The notes beneath the pieces are model-generated. The model had not been told where the DNA came from. It worked only from the letters and a program-made list of their open reading frames with translations, and did not search any database. Shown in pieces: positions 38,872 to 47,923 of a stretch of DNA of 48,113 nt (positions are counted from its first letter, which is position 1; each line of letters begins with the position of its first letter). Source of the DNA: an uncultured Edaphocola sp. (GTDB taxonomy: Bacteria; Bacteroidota; Bacteroidia; Chitinophagales; Chitinophagaceae); NCBI GenBank assembly GCA_964277835.1, contig CAXYKQ010000069.1, forward strand, positions 1 to 48,113, read 5' to 3'. Both the position numbers and the translations under genes were made by a program.

Positions 38872-38912
38872 GTAAGGAGCACAAGCATTTTTCTTTTTCA
38901 AATTGTACAATC

Positions 38913-40562
38913 ATGAACATTCTTCAAAATAAATATATTCTCCCGGCGATCATCGGCGCTTTATGCCCGGCAAGCCTGCTGGCACAGACGCGGAGTGGCA
39001 GCGATACCACTTTCAAATCTCAGACCCTGAATTTTTACTCTACCTATAAACCGGAAGTGATTCCGGCGCCAAAGCCAGTTTTCGTACCTGCTTTACCGGT
39101 TGTTGATACCAGCAAGCCGGTATTACAATACCAGGTACCGGAGCAAACAATCAGCTATACTTACCAGGCCGAGCCCATCAAACCCTTGGCGCTGAAACGG
39201 GGAAGGGAAAAATTGCCTTTTGAAAATTATGCTAAACTCGGATTAGGTGCTCAAAACACTGTTTTGATTGATGCCGGTATCGGCAGTCTTATGGGCAGTG
39301 ATTATGATGCGGTAGTACATTTTAACCATTTGTCACAAAAGGGTACTTATGTAGACAACCAGAAATGGTCGCAGAATGTCCTGGATGCATCCGGCAACAT
39401 TTACCTGGATAAAGCCACACTCAGCTTAGGTTTGCAAGGTGAAAGAAGAGCTTATCGCCAGTATGGCTATAACAATGAATTGTACTCCTTCAACGATGCG
39501 GATATACGCAACGTCTACAGCGGTGTGACCGTTAATGCAGCATTGACCCCTGTAGGAAGTACCTTATGGAATTTGAAATACCGGCCCGAGGCGCGTATTT
39601 ATTGGTGGCACAGCGGCATGAACGCTACCGAGCGTAACCTGGACTTTTCTATACCGGTTACCAAAGCGATTGACTCTTCCATCAGCTTCTCGCTGGCGGC
39701 CAATGTCGGGTTGACAAGCTACACCAGCAAGGCTTTGGGGAATTTTTCTAACAACTATTTCCAGTTAGCGCCGGCCATTAACTTCGCCTACGAGGGATTT
39801 AAGGCGCGTGTAGGGATAAAGCCAACATTTGCCAGCACGGACAACTATTTATTGCCCGACATTAATGTAAGCGGCAACATCATCAACAATTCGCTGCGCC
39901 TTTACGCCGGTTGGGAAGGAGCCCTAAACCAAAACACCTACAGGAATTTAAGCTTGTTTAACCCGTATATGCAGGCCGATTATCAACCCGTGCAAGGTCG
40001 TTCCAGCTATATCTATGGCGGATTTGATGCAGCATTGAGCAATAACCTGACCATAGGTGCTTCTGCAGGTTATAAAATGTGGAAGAATATGGCCATTTAC
40101 CAGAATGAATACAGTACCAGCCCGGACGGGAGGACATTCGCCCTTATTTACGAGGATATGAAAGCACTGATCATTGATGCGAAAATTCAATACCAGATCA
40201 ATGAACAATTCAGCGTAATGGGCAGGAGCATCTGGAATTTATACAATACCGAAAAACTGGTCCGTGCGCAGCAATTACCACAGGTAGAGGTGAATGGGGG
40301 TTTCAGGTGGGAAATCATCCGAAAGCTGCACCTGGGTGCTGACCTGGTGCTCTATGACCGCATTTTTGCCTACCAGTCAAATGGCTTATATAGAAAACTG
40401 CCAATGATTATCGACCTGAATGCCAATGCCTCCTATGATGTACATAAAAGAGTCGGACTTTTCCTTAATGTGGACAATATCCTGAACCAACGCTATCAAT
40501 ACTGGAACCAGTACCGCACGCTGGGATTCACCATTTACGGCGGGCTAAGATTTAAATTCTAA
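38913..40562 (+). CDS. Outer-membrane beta-barrel, TonB-dependent-receptor-like
   Basis: Signal peptide, amphipathic strands, C-terminal DLNANASY...VDNILNQRY...GLRFKF ending in Phe; short Pro-rich N-terminus rather than a full plug. Confidence 0.75.
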   Translation: MNILQNKYILPAIIGALCPASLLAQTRSGSDTTFKSQTLNFYSTYKPEVIPAPKPVFVPALPVVDTSKPVLQYQVPEQTISYTYQAEPIKPLALKRGREKLPFENYAKLGLGAQNTVLIDAGIGSLMGSDYDAVVHFNHLSQKGTYVDNQKWSQNVLDASGNIYLDKATLSLGLQGERRAYRQYGYNNELYSFNDADIRNVYSGVTVNAALTPVGSTLWNLKYRPEARIYWWHSGMNATERNLDFSIPVTKAIDSSISFSLAANVGLTSYTSKALGNFSNNYFQLAPAINFAYEGFKARVGIKPTFASTDNYLLPDINVSGNIINNSLRLYAGWEGALNQNTYRNLSLFNPYMQADYQPVQGRSSYIYGGFDAALSNNLTIGASAGYKMWKNMAIYQNEYSTSPDGRTFALIYEDMKALIIDAKIQYQINEQFSVMGRSIWNLYNTEKLVRAQQLPQVEVNGGFRWEIIRKLHLGADLVLYDRIFAYQSNGLYRKLPMIIDLNANASYDVHKRVGLFLNVDNILNQRYQYWNQYRTLGFTIYGGLRFKF

Positions 40563-40629
40563 TTGATTACCTTTGTTACCTTTTTTGAGCTTTCCTCAAA
40601 CGAAGAACAGATAAACTACTACAAAATAA

Positions 40630-41565
40630 ATGGACATAGCTAAATATATAGGGCTTTTCTTGGTGAAGTACCAATACTGCAACTTACCTAACCTGGGTGA
40701 TTTTACAGTGGTCAAAAGGGCAGCAAGCTACAGCGAGGGGCAAGTGAAAGCGCCGGAATATGAGGTGAAATTCTCCTTCTCGGGTGGCCTGATTGATGAT
40801 GCTTTCCCGAATTTTATTGCTACGAATGAAAGAACCAGCATTGCCAATGCAGCGAATGCGGTGAAAGATTTCTGCACTCAAACGAAAATAACACTTGCAG
40901 AAGGGGGAACAGTGCTGATCCCGGGATTCGGGAAATTTGTACAGACCAATGGCAAAAACGATTTTATCCCGGACCAGAATATCCATGTAGAAACACCGGG
41001 AATACCCATATTTAAAATCAATACCGCGGCGACGAGAAGCAGTGTTGAAGGAGAAACTATCGCTGAATTACATGAAAAAATGCAGCTGAAAGAGCCTTCT
41101 TTACAAGACGATATCGTCATCAAACCACCTAAAGTCAATTGGTCTAAAGTGATCCTGCTTTTGGTAATCGTAGGCTTTGTGCTGGCCCTGGTAGGCGGTG
41201 CAATATGGTACATGAATGATAACAAAGAGCCAATAGATACCGCTGCCCCGGCAAGTAATGAAGTGCCGGCGGCAGCAATGCCAGACACCAATAAAGTGAA
41301 CCCTGATACAGTTGCACAACAGCCGCAAGCTACGGGTACTCCGGGGTCATACACCTTCGCTATCCTTACTTTTAAGGATAAGGAAAGCGCGGAAAAGAAA
41401 GAAAAGCAATTGAAAGGTTTTGGTCATGACGTGGCGTTAAAGCCTGCTGCTGACAGCAGTATTGTTTTGACGATTACCTTGCCTTCGGTAAGCGATACGC
41501 TGGCTACAAAAGATTCCCTGCGCCGCTTTTTCAACCCAAAGGGTGAGGTGACTATTGTTAAATAG
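40630..41565 (+). CDS. Bitopic membrane protein with N-terminal HU-like (HU-CCDC81-type) domains and a C-terminal SPOR-like domain
   Basis: CNLPNLGDF and VLIPGFGKF HU-like motifs, single TM helix, C-terminal F.DKESAEK...LK..G pattern; TACCTTTG at 40568-40575. Confidence 0.7.
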   Translation: MDIAKYIGLFLVKYQYCNLPNLGDFTVVKRAASYSEGQVKAPEYEVKFSFSGGLIDDAFPNFIATNERTSIANAANAVKDFCTQTKITLAEGGTVLIPGFGKFVQTNGKNDFIPDQNIHVETPGIPIFKINTAATRSSVEGETIAELHEKMQLKEPSLQDDIVIKPPKVNWSKVILLLVIVGFVLALVGGAIWYMNDNKEPIDTAAPASNEVPAAAMPDTNKVNPDTVAQQPQATGTPGSYTFAILTFKDKESAEKKEKQLKGFGHDVALKPAADSSIVLTITLPSVSDTLATKDSLRRFFNPKGEVTIVK

Positions 41566-41582
41566 ACAGCATACTGCAACAG

Positions 41583-41619
41583 GAAAGCGACCCGTCATCA
41601 TTGCGGGTCGCTTTCTTTT
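41583..41619 (+). terminator. Intrinsic terminator
   Basis: GAAAGCGACCCG / CGGGTCGCTTTC stem plus T-run. Confidence 0.8.
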
Positions 41620-41697
41620 ATACGAAAAATGTGCTTTATAAATATTGTTTTGCTTGAATACTTAACTTATCTTTATAGCTTATAAACAATTGCCCTC

Positions 41698-42723
41698 GTG
41701 AAGACCATGATAAAATCTTTAAGTTTATTGCTATCTGCGCTCTTCCTGCATAATATTGCCGGAGCACAGGGTATTCATTTCTCCCAGTATTACAATGCGC
41801 CCCAGTTGCTTAACCCCGCCAATACGGCATTGATGCCTAAAGAAGATTTTAGGGTGGGGGTTAATTACAGGGAGCAATGGACCAATGTACCTGCGCCTTT
41901 CAAAACATTCGCCGCCCATGGCGACCTGCAACTGATGCGTAACAAGAACCTGACCAACTGGATGGGCCTGGGTGTGGGTTTCTTTTCGGACAAAGCCGGC
42001 CAGGGAATTTTATCCCTCGATAAGGTGCAGGCTTCGATTGCCTATCACGTACAACTAGACGATTACAATATGATCTCTGCCGGTGCTTCAGTGGGCTACG
42101 TGCACCGGGCTATTGACTTCAGCAGGCTGACCTTTGATGCACAATGGGATGGATTCCGTTTTAATAAGAGTAATTCGCAGGGAGAACCTTATGCCAGGCA
42201 GGCGGCTAATTACCTGGATGTAATGCTGGGCGTTAATTATGCTTTTTTTCCCAATGAAGACTTGTATATAAAGGCCGGCGCCGGTATGATGCACCTGAAC
42301 CGCCCGAAAGAGAGTTTTTATTATTCAGATAATAACCGGTTGGGAATGCGTCCTATGGGCAACCTGGATGTGTTATGGAAAGCAGGAAGTAAATTTATCA
42401 TTAACCCGTCCCTATATTATGCCCATCAGAAAGGAGCCTCAGAACTGGTCTTCGGTAGTTTATTTAACAATAGTATCGGAGGAGAAGATGGGGGGAACAA
42501 TGCCCTGATCTATGGCGTTTTTTACCGGATGGGAGAAAGTTTTATACCCGTTTTAGGGATGGAGTGGAGCCGTTTCAAGCTGATGTGCTCCTATGATATA
42601 ACCGCTTCTCCGTTCGCGGCGGCCAACCGTAACCAGGGCGCCTTCGAGATCGCGGTGTCCTTTAAAGGATTATACAGCAGCATGTCCCAGGGTAGGGGCG
42701 GGTATAACTGCCCCAGATTTTAA
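41698..42723 (+). CDS. PorP/SprF family T9SS outer-membrane barrel (second copy)
   Basis: AQGIHFSQYYNAP, LNPANT, NYREQW, DKAG, HLNRP, SYD, FEI; C-terminal CPRF. Start may be ATG 41707. Confidence 0.92.
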   Translation: MKTMIKSLSLLLSALFLHNIAGAQGIHFSQYYNAPQLLNPANTALMPKEDFRVGVNYREQWTNVPAPFKTFAAHGDLQLMRNKNLTNWMGLGVGFFSDKAGQGILSLDKVQASIAYHVQLDDYNMISAGASVGYVHRAIDFSRLTFDAQWDGFRFNKSNSQGEPYARQAANYLDVMLGVNYAFFPNEDLYIKAGAGMMHLNRPKESFYYSDNNRLGMRPMGNLDVLWKAGSKFIINPSLYYAHQKGASELVFGSLFNNSIGGEDGGNNALIYGVFYRMGESFIPVLGMEWSRFKLMCSYDITASPFAAANRNQGAFEIAVSFKGLYSSMSQGRGGYNCPRF

Positions 42724-42812
42724 CAAAATAATATAGTACCTTGTCTGCTTATATTATAGCAAGTCTTTAAATTTGAAAAAATTAAATAACTGAAAGCAAA
42801 ACGTTTAAGTAT

Positions 42813-43514
42813 ATGGAAATAGAAAAGTCAAAAATTTTATTGGTAGAAGATGATACGAATTTAGGCCAGGTATTAAAAAACTATTTGGAGCTTCATGACT
42901 ACGTCGTAGAGCTTTGCCGTGATGGTATTTTAGGATTAGCAGCTTTCAGAAGAGAGAAATTTGATATCTGTTTGTTAGATGTAATGATGCCGAATATGGA
43001 CGGCTTTACATTGGCAGAGGAGATCCGGAATATTGACCCGGATGTTCCTTTGTTTTTCCTTTCTGCACGTAGCATGAAAGATGACGTGATCACCGGCTAC
43101 CGTTTAGGTGCGGATGATTATATTGCGAAACCTTTCGATAGTGAAGTTTTGTTGCATAAGATCAAGGCGATCCTGAAACGCAACCAGGAGATCCAGGAGA
43201 AAAATCCTACAGCTACTGATTTTGATATCGCGAGCTTCCACTTCAACAGCAAGTTGCGCATCTTATCCAGGGAAGGAAAAGAAGTGACTCTTTCTCCGAA
43301 AGAAAATGCTTTGCTGCAAATGCTTGCAGAATATAAAAATGACCTCTTACCGCGCGAGCAGGCTTTGAAGCGCATCTGGGGCAGTGATACTTATTTTAAC
43401 GGCCGCAGTATGGACGTATATATTGCTAAATTGAGAAAATATTTAAGCGAGGACGATAAAGTAAATATCGTCAACATTCACGGTAACGGTTTCCGTTTAG
43501 TGGTGGAAGATTAA
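42813..43514 (+). CDS. rprY: OmpR-family response regulator, RprY-like
   Basis: LDVMMP, GADDY, IWG.DTYFNGRSMDVYIAKLRKYL, NIHGNGFRL; TAAATTTG at 42768-42775. Confidence 0.8.
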   Translation: MEIEKSKILLVEDDTNLGQVLKNYLELHDYVVELCRDGILGLAAFRREKFDICLLDVMMPNMDGFTLAEEIRNIDPDVPLFFLSARSMKDDVITGYRLGADDYIAKPFDSEVLLHKIKAILKRNQEIQEKNPTATDFDIASFHFNSKLRILSREGKEVTLSPKENALLQMLAEYKNDLLPREQALKRIWGSDTYFNGRSMDVYIAKLRKYLSEDDKVNIVNIHGNGFRLVVED

Positions 43515-43541
43515 TTCTGTAGCAATACAGTTAGTAAAAAC

Positions 43542-43568
43542 GATAGCGCTTCCGGAAGGAGCGCTATT
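43542..43568. terminator. Hairpin between convergent genes
   Basis: GATAGCGCT-TCC / GGA-GCGCTAT stem. Confidence 0.55.
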
Positions 43569-43614
43569 GTTGTATCTTTAAGTGCGGCATGGAGCTCTGA
43601 AGGCTGCAATTCCG

Positions 43615-44742
43615 CTATTCAATCCTCTTTGCCAGTTCTAAAGCCACCATACTGCCCAGGGCCACGCCCATGCCGCCCAGGCGGAAACCGCCATGGATGT
43701 TGCCTTCCAGCGATTTGATGATCGGCATTTTAGTGGCGCCAAAAGCCATAATGCCCGACCATTGCATATCAAGCTTAATTGATTGCCCGGGGGCCAGGTC
43801 TGTTTTTAAAAGCTCGAGCAGGTGATCTTGTATTCGCTGGTTAAGACAGATGTCTGTCGTATTTTCTGTGGCAAAATCAAGGTTGCGCCCCCCGCCAAAT
43901 AGAATGCGATTGCCTACATTTCTAAAATAATAGTATCCCTGGTCAAAGTGGAAGATACCCTTCAGCTTTAAGTGGTCAATAGGTTGCGTAACGAGTACCT
44001 GCCCGCGGCCGGGCTGCAGATCCTCCCCGGGGAAAAAGCGATCACTGAAAGCATTAGTGCACACGATAACCTGCGCCGCTTTGAAGTGAATGTATTCATG
44101 AAAACCATCTTTCACCACTACTTCATTTTTCCCATTCCCGCTTTCGATCAGCGTTACCGCTGCACCGGTTTTGATTTCCACCCCTTTTTGTATCGCCAGG
44201 CGCAGCAGGCTTTTGATTAATTTGCCGGTGTGTAAGGGCGCTTCCGTAGTGCAGGCAATACAATGTTTAAAGCGGCCAGAGCTGAAGCCGAAATGGGCCA
44301 ACTGCTGATCGGCTGTTTCAAAACTTTTGCCACCACTCACTTCTTTCAATAATTCGTTGTAATGATCTATATGATCCAGGATGCCGGATTCTGCTGCAGT
44401 AAGTAGCTCATGACTGCCTTCGTTCGTATAGCCAATGGCGTCGTCGCCCAACTGCGCTCTTAAAAAATCAATACCCGATTTTCTTTTAGCGAACAGATCG
44501 ACCAGGTCTTCCTCGGGGGTATGCGCGGCATCGGCTACTAATTCAGACAGGCTGCCTGTGGCCGCGAAACCCGCATTACGCGTGCTGGCGCCGCTGGGCA
44601 GCAAACCACGCTCCAGTATTAGTACATCGTAACCGGGATGTTTTTCTTTTACCTGTATAGCAGTTTGCAGGCCTACAATTCCCGACCCGATGATAATAAC
44701 ATCATACTGCAGTAAACTTTCCCGTTCCCAAAAACTAATCAT
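43615..44742 (-). CDS. FAD-dependent oxidoreductase (DAO family)
   Basis: IIGSGIVG, GASTRNAGF, GYYYFR, WSGIM, GMGVALG. Confidence 0.9.
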   Translation of the reverse strand: MISFWERESLLQYDVIIIGSGIVGLQTAIQVKEKHPGYDVLILERGLLPSGASTRNAGFAATGSLSELVADAAHTPEEDLVDLFAKRKSGIDFLRAQLGDDAIGYTNEGSHELLTAAESGILDHIDHYNELLKEVSGGKSFETADQQLAHFGFSSGRFKHCIACTTEAPLHTGKLIKSLLRLAIQKGVEIKTGAAVTLIESGNGKNEVVVKDGFHEYIHFKAAQVIVCTNAFSDRFFPGEDLQPGRGQVLVTQPIDHLKLKGIFHFDQGYYYFRNVGNRILFGGGRNLDFATENTTDICLNQRIQDHLLELLKTDLAPGQSIKLDMQWSGIMAFGATKMPIIKSLEGNIHGGFRLGGMGVALGSMVALELAKRIE

Positions 44743-44814
44743 AATTGTTCCTATGCTTAATTAATAATGATACTATGTTTATTATTATTTTCCAAAACTT
44801 TTCATTGCTTATTG

Positions 44815-44943
44815 CTACTCCTCTTGTAATAAATATTTAAAGCTATAGTCTTCTTTGCCGCTTTGGAGGAGGATGTAATACAGCCCTGTGGCCTGACTGT
44901 TTAGGCTGAAGGTGTACTCCTGATGATAGTACATAGACATACT
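44815..44943 (-). pseudogene. Orphan T9SS type A CTD tail fragment
   Basis: Translates to SMSMYYHQEYTFSLNSQATGLYYILLQSGKEDYSFKYLLQEE*. Hand alignment gives 22/35 ungapped identities with the last 35 aa of the 46103-47716 protein. Confidence 0.8.
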
Positions 44944-46074
44944 TTATTCATCTTTGACCACTTTATAATAATAACGTTGTCCTTCATCTTCAAGTACAAT
45001 AATATATACACCCGTTGTTAAGTGAGATAAATCTATTTGCATTTCTTCTTTGTGGGCTATTGACCGAGCAGGAAGCACTACTTTTCCTAGTACATCTGCA
45101 ATCCAAAGTTTAGCTCCACCGGAAAACATCTTTTCCGCTTTGATATAAATTCGCCCGTCCTTACTTGGATTAGGATAAATATTTATTCCGTTCAGCTGTT
45201 GCACATTTTGTAAGGTACTTGGGGTATTAAATCTAAATGCTTCGCATTCAATATCTGACCTGTTAAAGCTGATGCTGCCATCTTCGTAGCAGGTAATGGG
45301 ATTTTCTGCAAAGTCATAATCAAAGGGAGAGCTCATTATCGTTATTTCCGGAACTGGTTTAAAACCTTGTCCTGCTCCTCCGAAAAGCCTGGTATAGCCT
45401 CCCTTATATTTAAATTTATAATAATTAGTTGGCACCCCTGCACTATCGACATACTCTATCTCACGCTGAAAATTAAATATCCAGTTTAAGTTGGGCTTAA
45501 AAGTAAAGATTGCATTTGAATGATTGTTTGGATTATTCCAATTGATTCCCCCATCATAAGGTGAAGTAAAAAATGTTTCTAATTGTATTCCTCCATAATC
45601 CACCATTCTGATAGAGTCAATAATATAAGAAAACGTATAATCATTGTTCAGATAGAATAGCGAATGATTTAATGTATCTAACAAGGGTACAGTTATGGTA
45701 TCTCCTTCCTGCGCATTAAATACAAATAGCGGTGTATAAGTATTGAACGTCCTGTTAAAAATAAATAAGGTATCATTCTCTTCATATATAGAGTCGATCT
45801 CCGGAGCATGGGTTGTCCGGTTTGAATAACCCATTCCCCAGGAATAATAAGTTATGGCTTGTGATTTGTTTATGTGTTGTATTGTTTTAATATACTTACC
45901 GTCAACAGAATCCGCAGCTATACATTGATAGGTACTTATATTTTCAACACCAGTGTAGCCCCAACCCCATATATCTTTATAAGTCCATTTGGCTCCCAGT
46001 GGGGCAAATTCTGTTTGGGCAAATATTGTAGCGCTTACAATCAATAGAAGCAGTGTAGAAAATATGCTTTTCAT
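44944..46074 (-). CDS. T9SS type A cargo protein, function unknown
   Basis: Signal peptide from ATG 46074, FAPLGAKWTY N-terminal motif, CTD IYPNPS...DVLGK...IDLSHLTTGVYII...KVVK. Confidence 0.88.
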   Translation of the reverse strand: MKSIFSTLLLLIVSATIFAQTEFAPLGAKWTYKDIWGWGYTGVENISTYQCIAADSVDGKYIKTIQHINKSQAITYYSWGMGYSNRTTHAPEIDSIYEENDTLFIFNRTFNTYTPLFVFNAQEGDTITVPLLDTLNHSLFYLNNDYTFSYIIDSIRMVDYGGIQLETFFTSPYDGGINWNNPNNHSNAIFTFKPNLNWIFNFQREIEYVDSAGVPTNYYKFKYKGGYTRLFGGAGQGFKPVPEITIMSSPFDYDFAENPITCYEDGSISFNRSDIECEAFRFNTPSTLQNVQQLNGINIYPNPSKDGRIYIKAEKMFSGGAKLWIADVLGKVVLPARSIAHKEEMQIDLSHLTTGVYIIVLEDEGQRYYYKVVKDE

Positions 46075-46102
46075 AATGTTGATTTTAAAAATTAGGAAGT
46101 AA

Positions 46103-47716
46103 CTATTCATAGTTTAATATATACTTGAAGCTATAGTTTTCTTTTCCGTTTTGTAAACGGATGTAATACATGCCCGCGGCCTGCTTACCCAGGTGGAAAC
46201 TGTATTGCTGTATGTTTTTAGGAATGGCTTGTTGTTGCAGCACCCTGCCCAGTTGATCGGTAACGATCAGTTGCGCTTCCGCTTTAAAAGGTTTCGTACT
46301 GCTGATGTTTATGTTGCCATTGCCAGGATTGGGAAACAAGCGGACACTTTCTTTTTCCAGCACATCTTTGCCGCTACCTAAAGTGCCGGGGCAGTCGGGG
46401 TTAATGCAGCCATCGCTGTTTAATTTCACCACCCAGGCTGACTGGCGTTTAGAGGCGATTTGCTGGCCTTCATAATAAAAGGTATCAGGTATTTCAGAGC
46501 TTCCTGTAGCAATAAAGCTGCCATCGGGCAGCGCCATAGCATTGTAGAGGTAATCATGACAATTATCTACCGCATTGTGACCAAATACCCGGTTCCAGAC
46601 CTCATCGCCTTGTGGATTCAGGCGTAAAGCCCATCCATCAGGACCACGAGTGCTATTTATCTCGTAATTATACTGTGTATTAGCCCAGTACTTTGCCGTA
46701 TTCCCAATAGCTACTATATCACCATTATTAGCTTCTATTACTGTTCTGAACTCATCTGTTCGTTGGCTGTAATCAATAATAGTGTCTAATAGTATATTTC
46801 CATCTGCATCAATTTTAATAATTCTTCCGCCTCCATTGGCCATATTTCCTATTTCAGGGGGAGTATCAGCCCAGCCCACACACACATAATTGCCATCCGA
46901 GGTCGCAATCATTTTTTCCAGGCCATCATAGCCGGGCAAGTCGTAGACCCGGTGCCAGAGTTTATTGCCGGCTGTATCTACCTTCATCACAAAAGCGCCT
47001 CCGTCTGTCACCCCATAGCCCCGGGTGCGGCCGCAGAGTATTAGGTTGCCATCATGAGCTTTAATTATGTTCAAGACAATATTCCACTCACTACTGTCCA
47101 CTACCCGGTGCCATAAAAGATTACCGGCTGTATCTGTTTTTAATAGATTCACCTTTGCGTGTACCGCCGGGTATTGTGAACTGATAGAATCCCTGTTGAG
47201 ATTAGCTTGTATCAATATACTTTGCTCATCCAAAGGAATAATGGTAGATATATTGCCATTGAAAGGCAATTGGTATTCCTGCCTCCAGATAGTATTGAGT
47301 AGCGTGTCCTTTTTTTGCAGGAAAAAAGTGCTGAATGTGTCTCCATAAACTTTATAGCTACCAGAAGCATAAAATTGACCTTGGGAATTAAGCGGGTAAG
47401 CTATTGCATAATTAAAATAAGTAGTGTTCGGTATTTCTTCTGTAACCTGATGCCGTATACTCCCGTTATTATCCAGGTTTAACCATTGGTTTAGGAAGCG
47501 CGATTGATAAGCTGCGGAATAGTAAGGGAAAATAATACCGCCGGTTGTGCCATTATATAAGAAATTGGTACCGGTATAGTCAAAACGTCTTAAGGTATCG
47601 CCTCTGTAGGAGTAGGTTTTGGAATAGCCCTCCTGTTGTGCCTTTAGCCCGGTGGCCAAAAGCAGCATTATTAAGCTTAAACAAATATTCACTATGTATT
47701 TTAGATACTGTTTCAT
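46103..47716 (-). CDS. T9SS type A cargo protein, probable beta-propeller
   Basis: Signal peptide; repeated (K/R)xDxxGNxLW motifs; CTD LFPNPG...DQLGR...AAGMYYIRL. Confidence 0.88.
   Translation of the reverse strand: MKQYLKYIVNICLSLIMLLLATGLKAQQEGYSKTYSYRGDTLRRFDYTGTNFLYNGTTGGIIFPYYSAAYQSRFLNQWLNLDNNGSIRHQVTEEIPNTTYFNYAIAYPLNSQGQFYASGSYKVYGDTFSTFFLQKKDTLLNTIWRQEYQLPFNGNISTIIPLDEQSILIQANLNRDSISSQYPAVHAKVNLLKTDTAGNLLWHRVVDSSEWNIVLNIIKAHDGNLILCGRTRGYGVTDGGAFVMKVDTAGNKLWHRVYDLPGYDGLEKMIATSDGNYVCVGWADTPPEIGNMANGGGRIIKIDADGNILLDTIIDYSQRTDEFRTVIEANNGDIVAIGNTAKYWANTQYNYEINSTRGPDGWALRLNPQGDEVWNRVFGHNAVDNCHDYLYNAMALPDGSFIATGSSEIPDTFYYEGQQIASKRQSAWVVKLNSDGCINPDCPGTLGSGKDVLEKESVRLFPNPGNGNINISSTKPFKAEAQLIVTDQLGRVLQQQAIPKNIQQYSFHLGKQAAGMYYIRLQNGKENYSFKYILNYE
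46122..46292. repeat. Direct repeat copy A (CTD-coding)
   Basis: 168/171 nt identical to 47943-48113; mismatches at 46137, 46169 and 46228. Confidence 0.97.
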
Positions 47717-47738
47717 GCTAAACCATTTAAGAGGTTAA

Positions 47739-47774
47739 CCGTGCCAGGTCCTTTACTGATCGGGCCTGGAACGG
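47739..47774 (-). other. Intergenic GC-rich hairpin between an orphan CTD tail and the next gene
   Basis: CCGTGCCAGGTCC / GGGCCTGGAACGG, 13-bp stem with 2 non-Watson-Crick positions, no U-tract. Confidence 0.6.
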
Positions 47775-47782
47775 CAAGATTT

Positions 47783-47923
47783 TTATTTTAATACCACCAG
47801 GCGTTTTACCTGTAGGGTTTTACCATTGCCCAGCAGGCTATAGGTGTACACCCCTGCCGGCAAGTGGCTGATGTCCAGCTGCAGGTTGTGCCGGCCGGCG
47901 CATAAAGGATATTCCCGGACGAT
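47783..47923 (-). pseudogene. Orphan T9SS type A CTD tail fragment (different CTD subtype)
   Basis: Translates to IVREYPLCAGRHNLQLDISHLPAGVYTYSLLGNGKTLQVKRLVVLK*, with the typical CTD ending (LDIS.LP.GVY...K.VV.K) and no ATG start. Confidence 0.82.

Noticed and set aside
42813-43514. Orphan response regulator as a novel system
   Set aside because: It closely resembles the conserved Bacteroidota RprY type; lack of an adjacent kinase is already known for this family (e.g. P. gingivalis).
46103-46110. Overlap or translational coupling of the two type A cargo genes
   Set aside because: The signal peptide indicates the real start is ATG 46074, which removes the overlap.
47731-47780. Integron attC site
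   Set aside because: The hairpin lacks matching RYYYAAC/GTTRRRY ends, is short, is not repeated between the other genes, and no integrase is seen.
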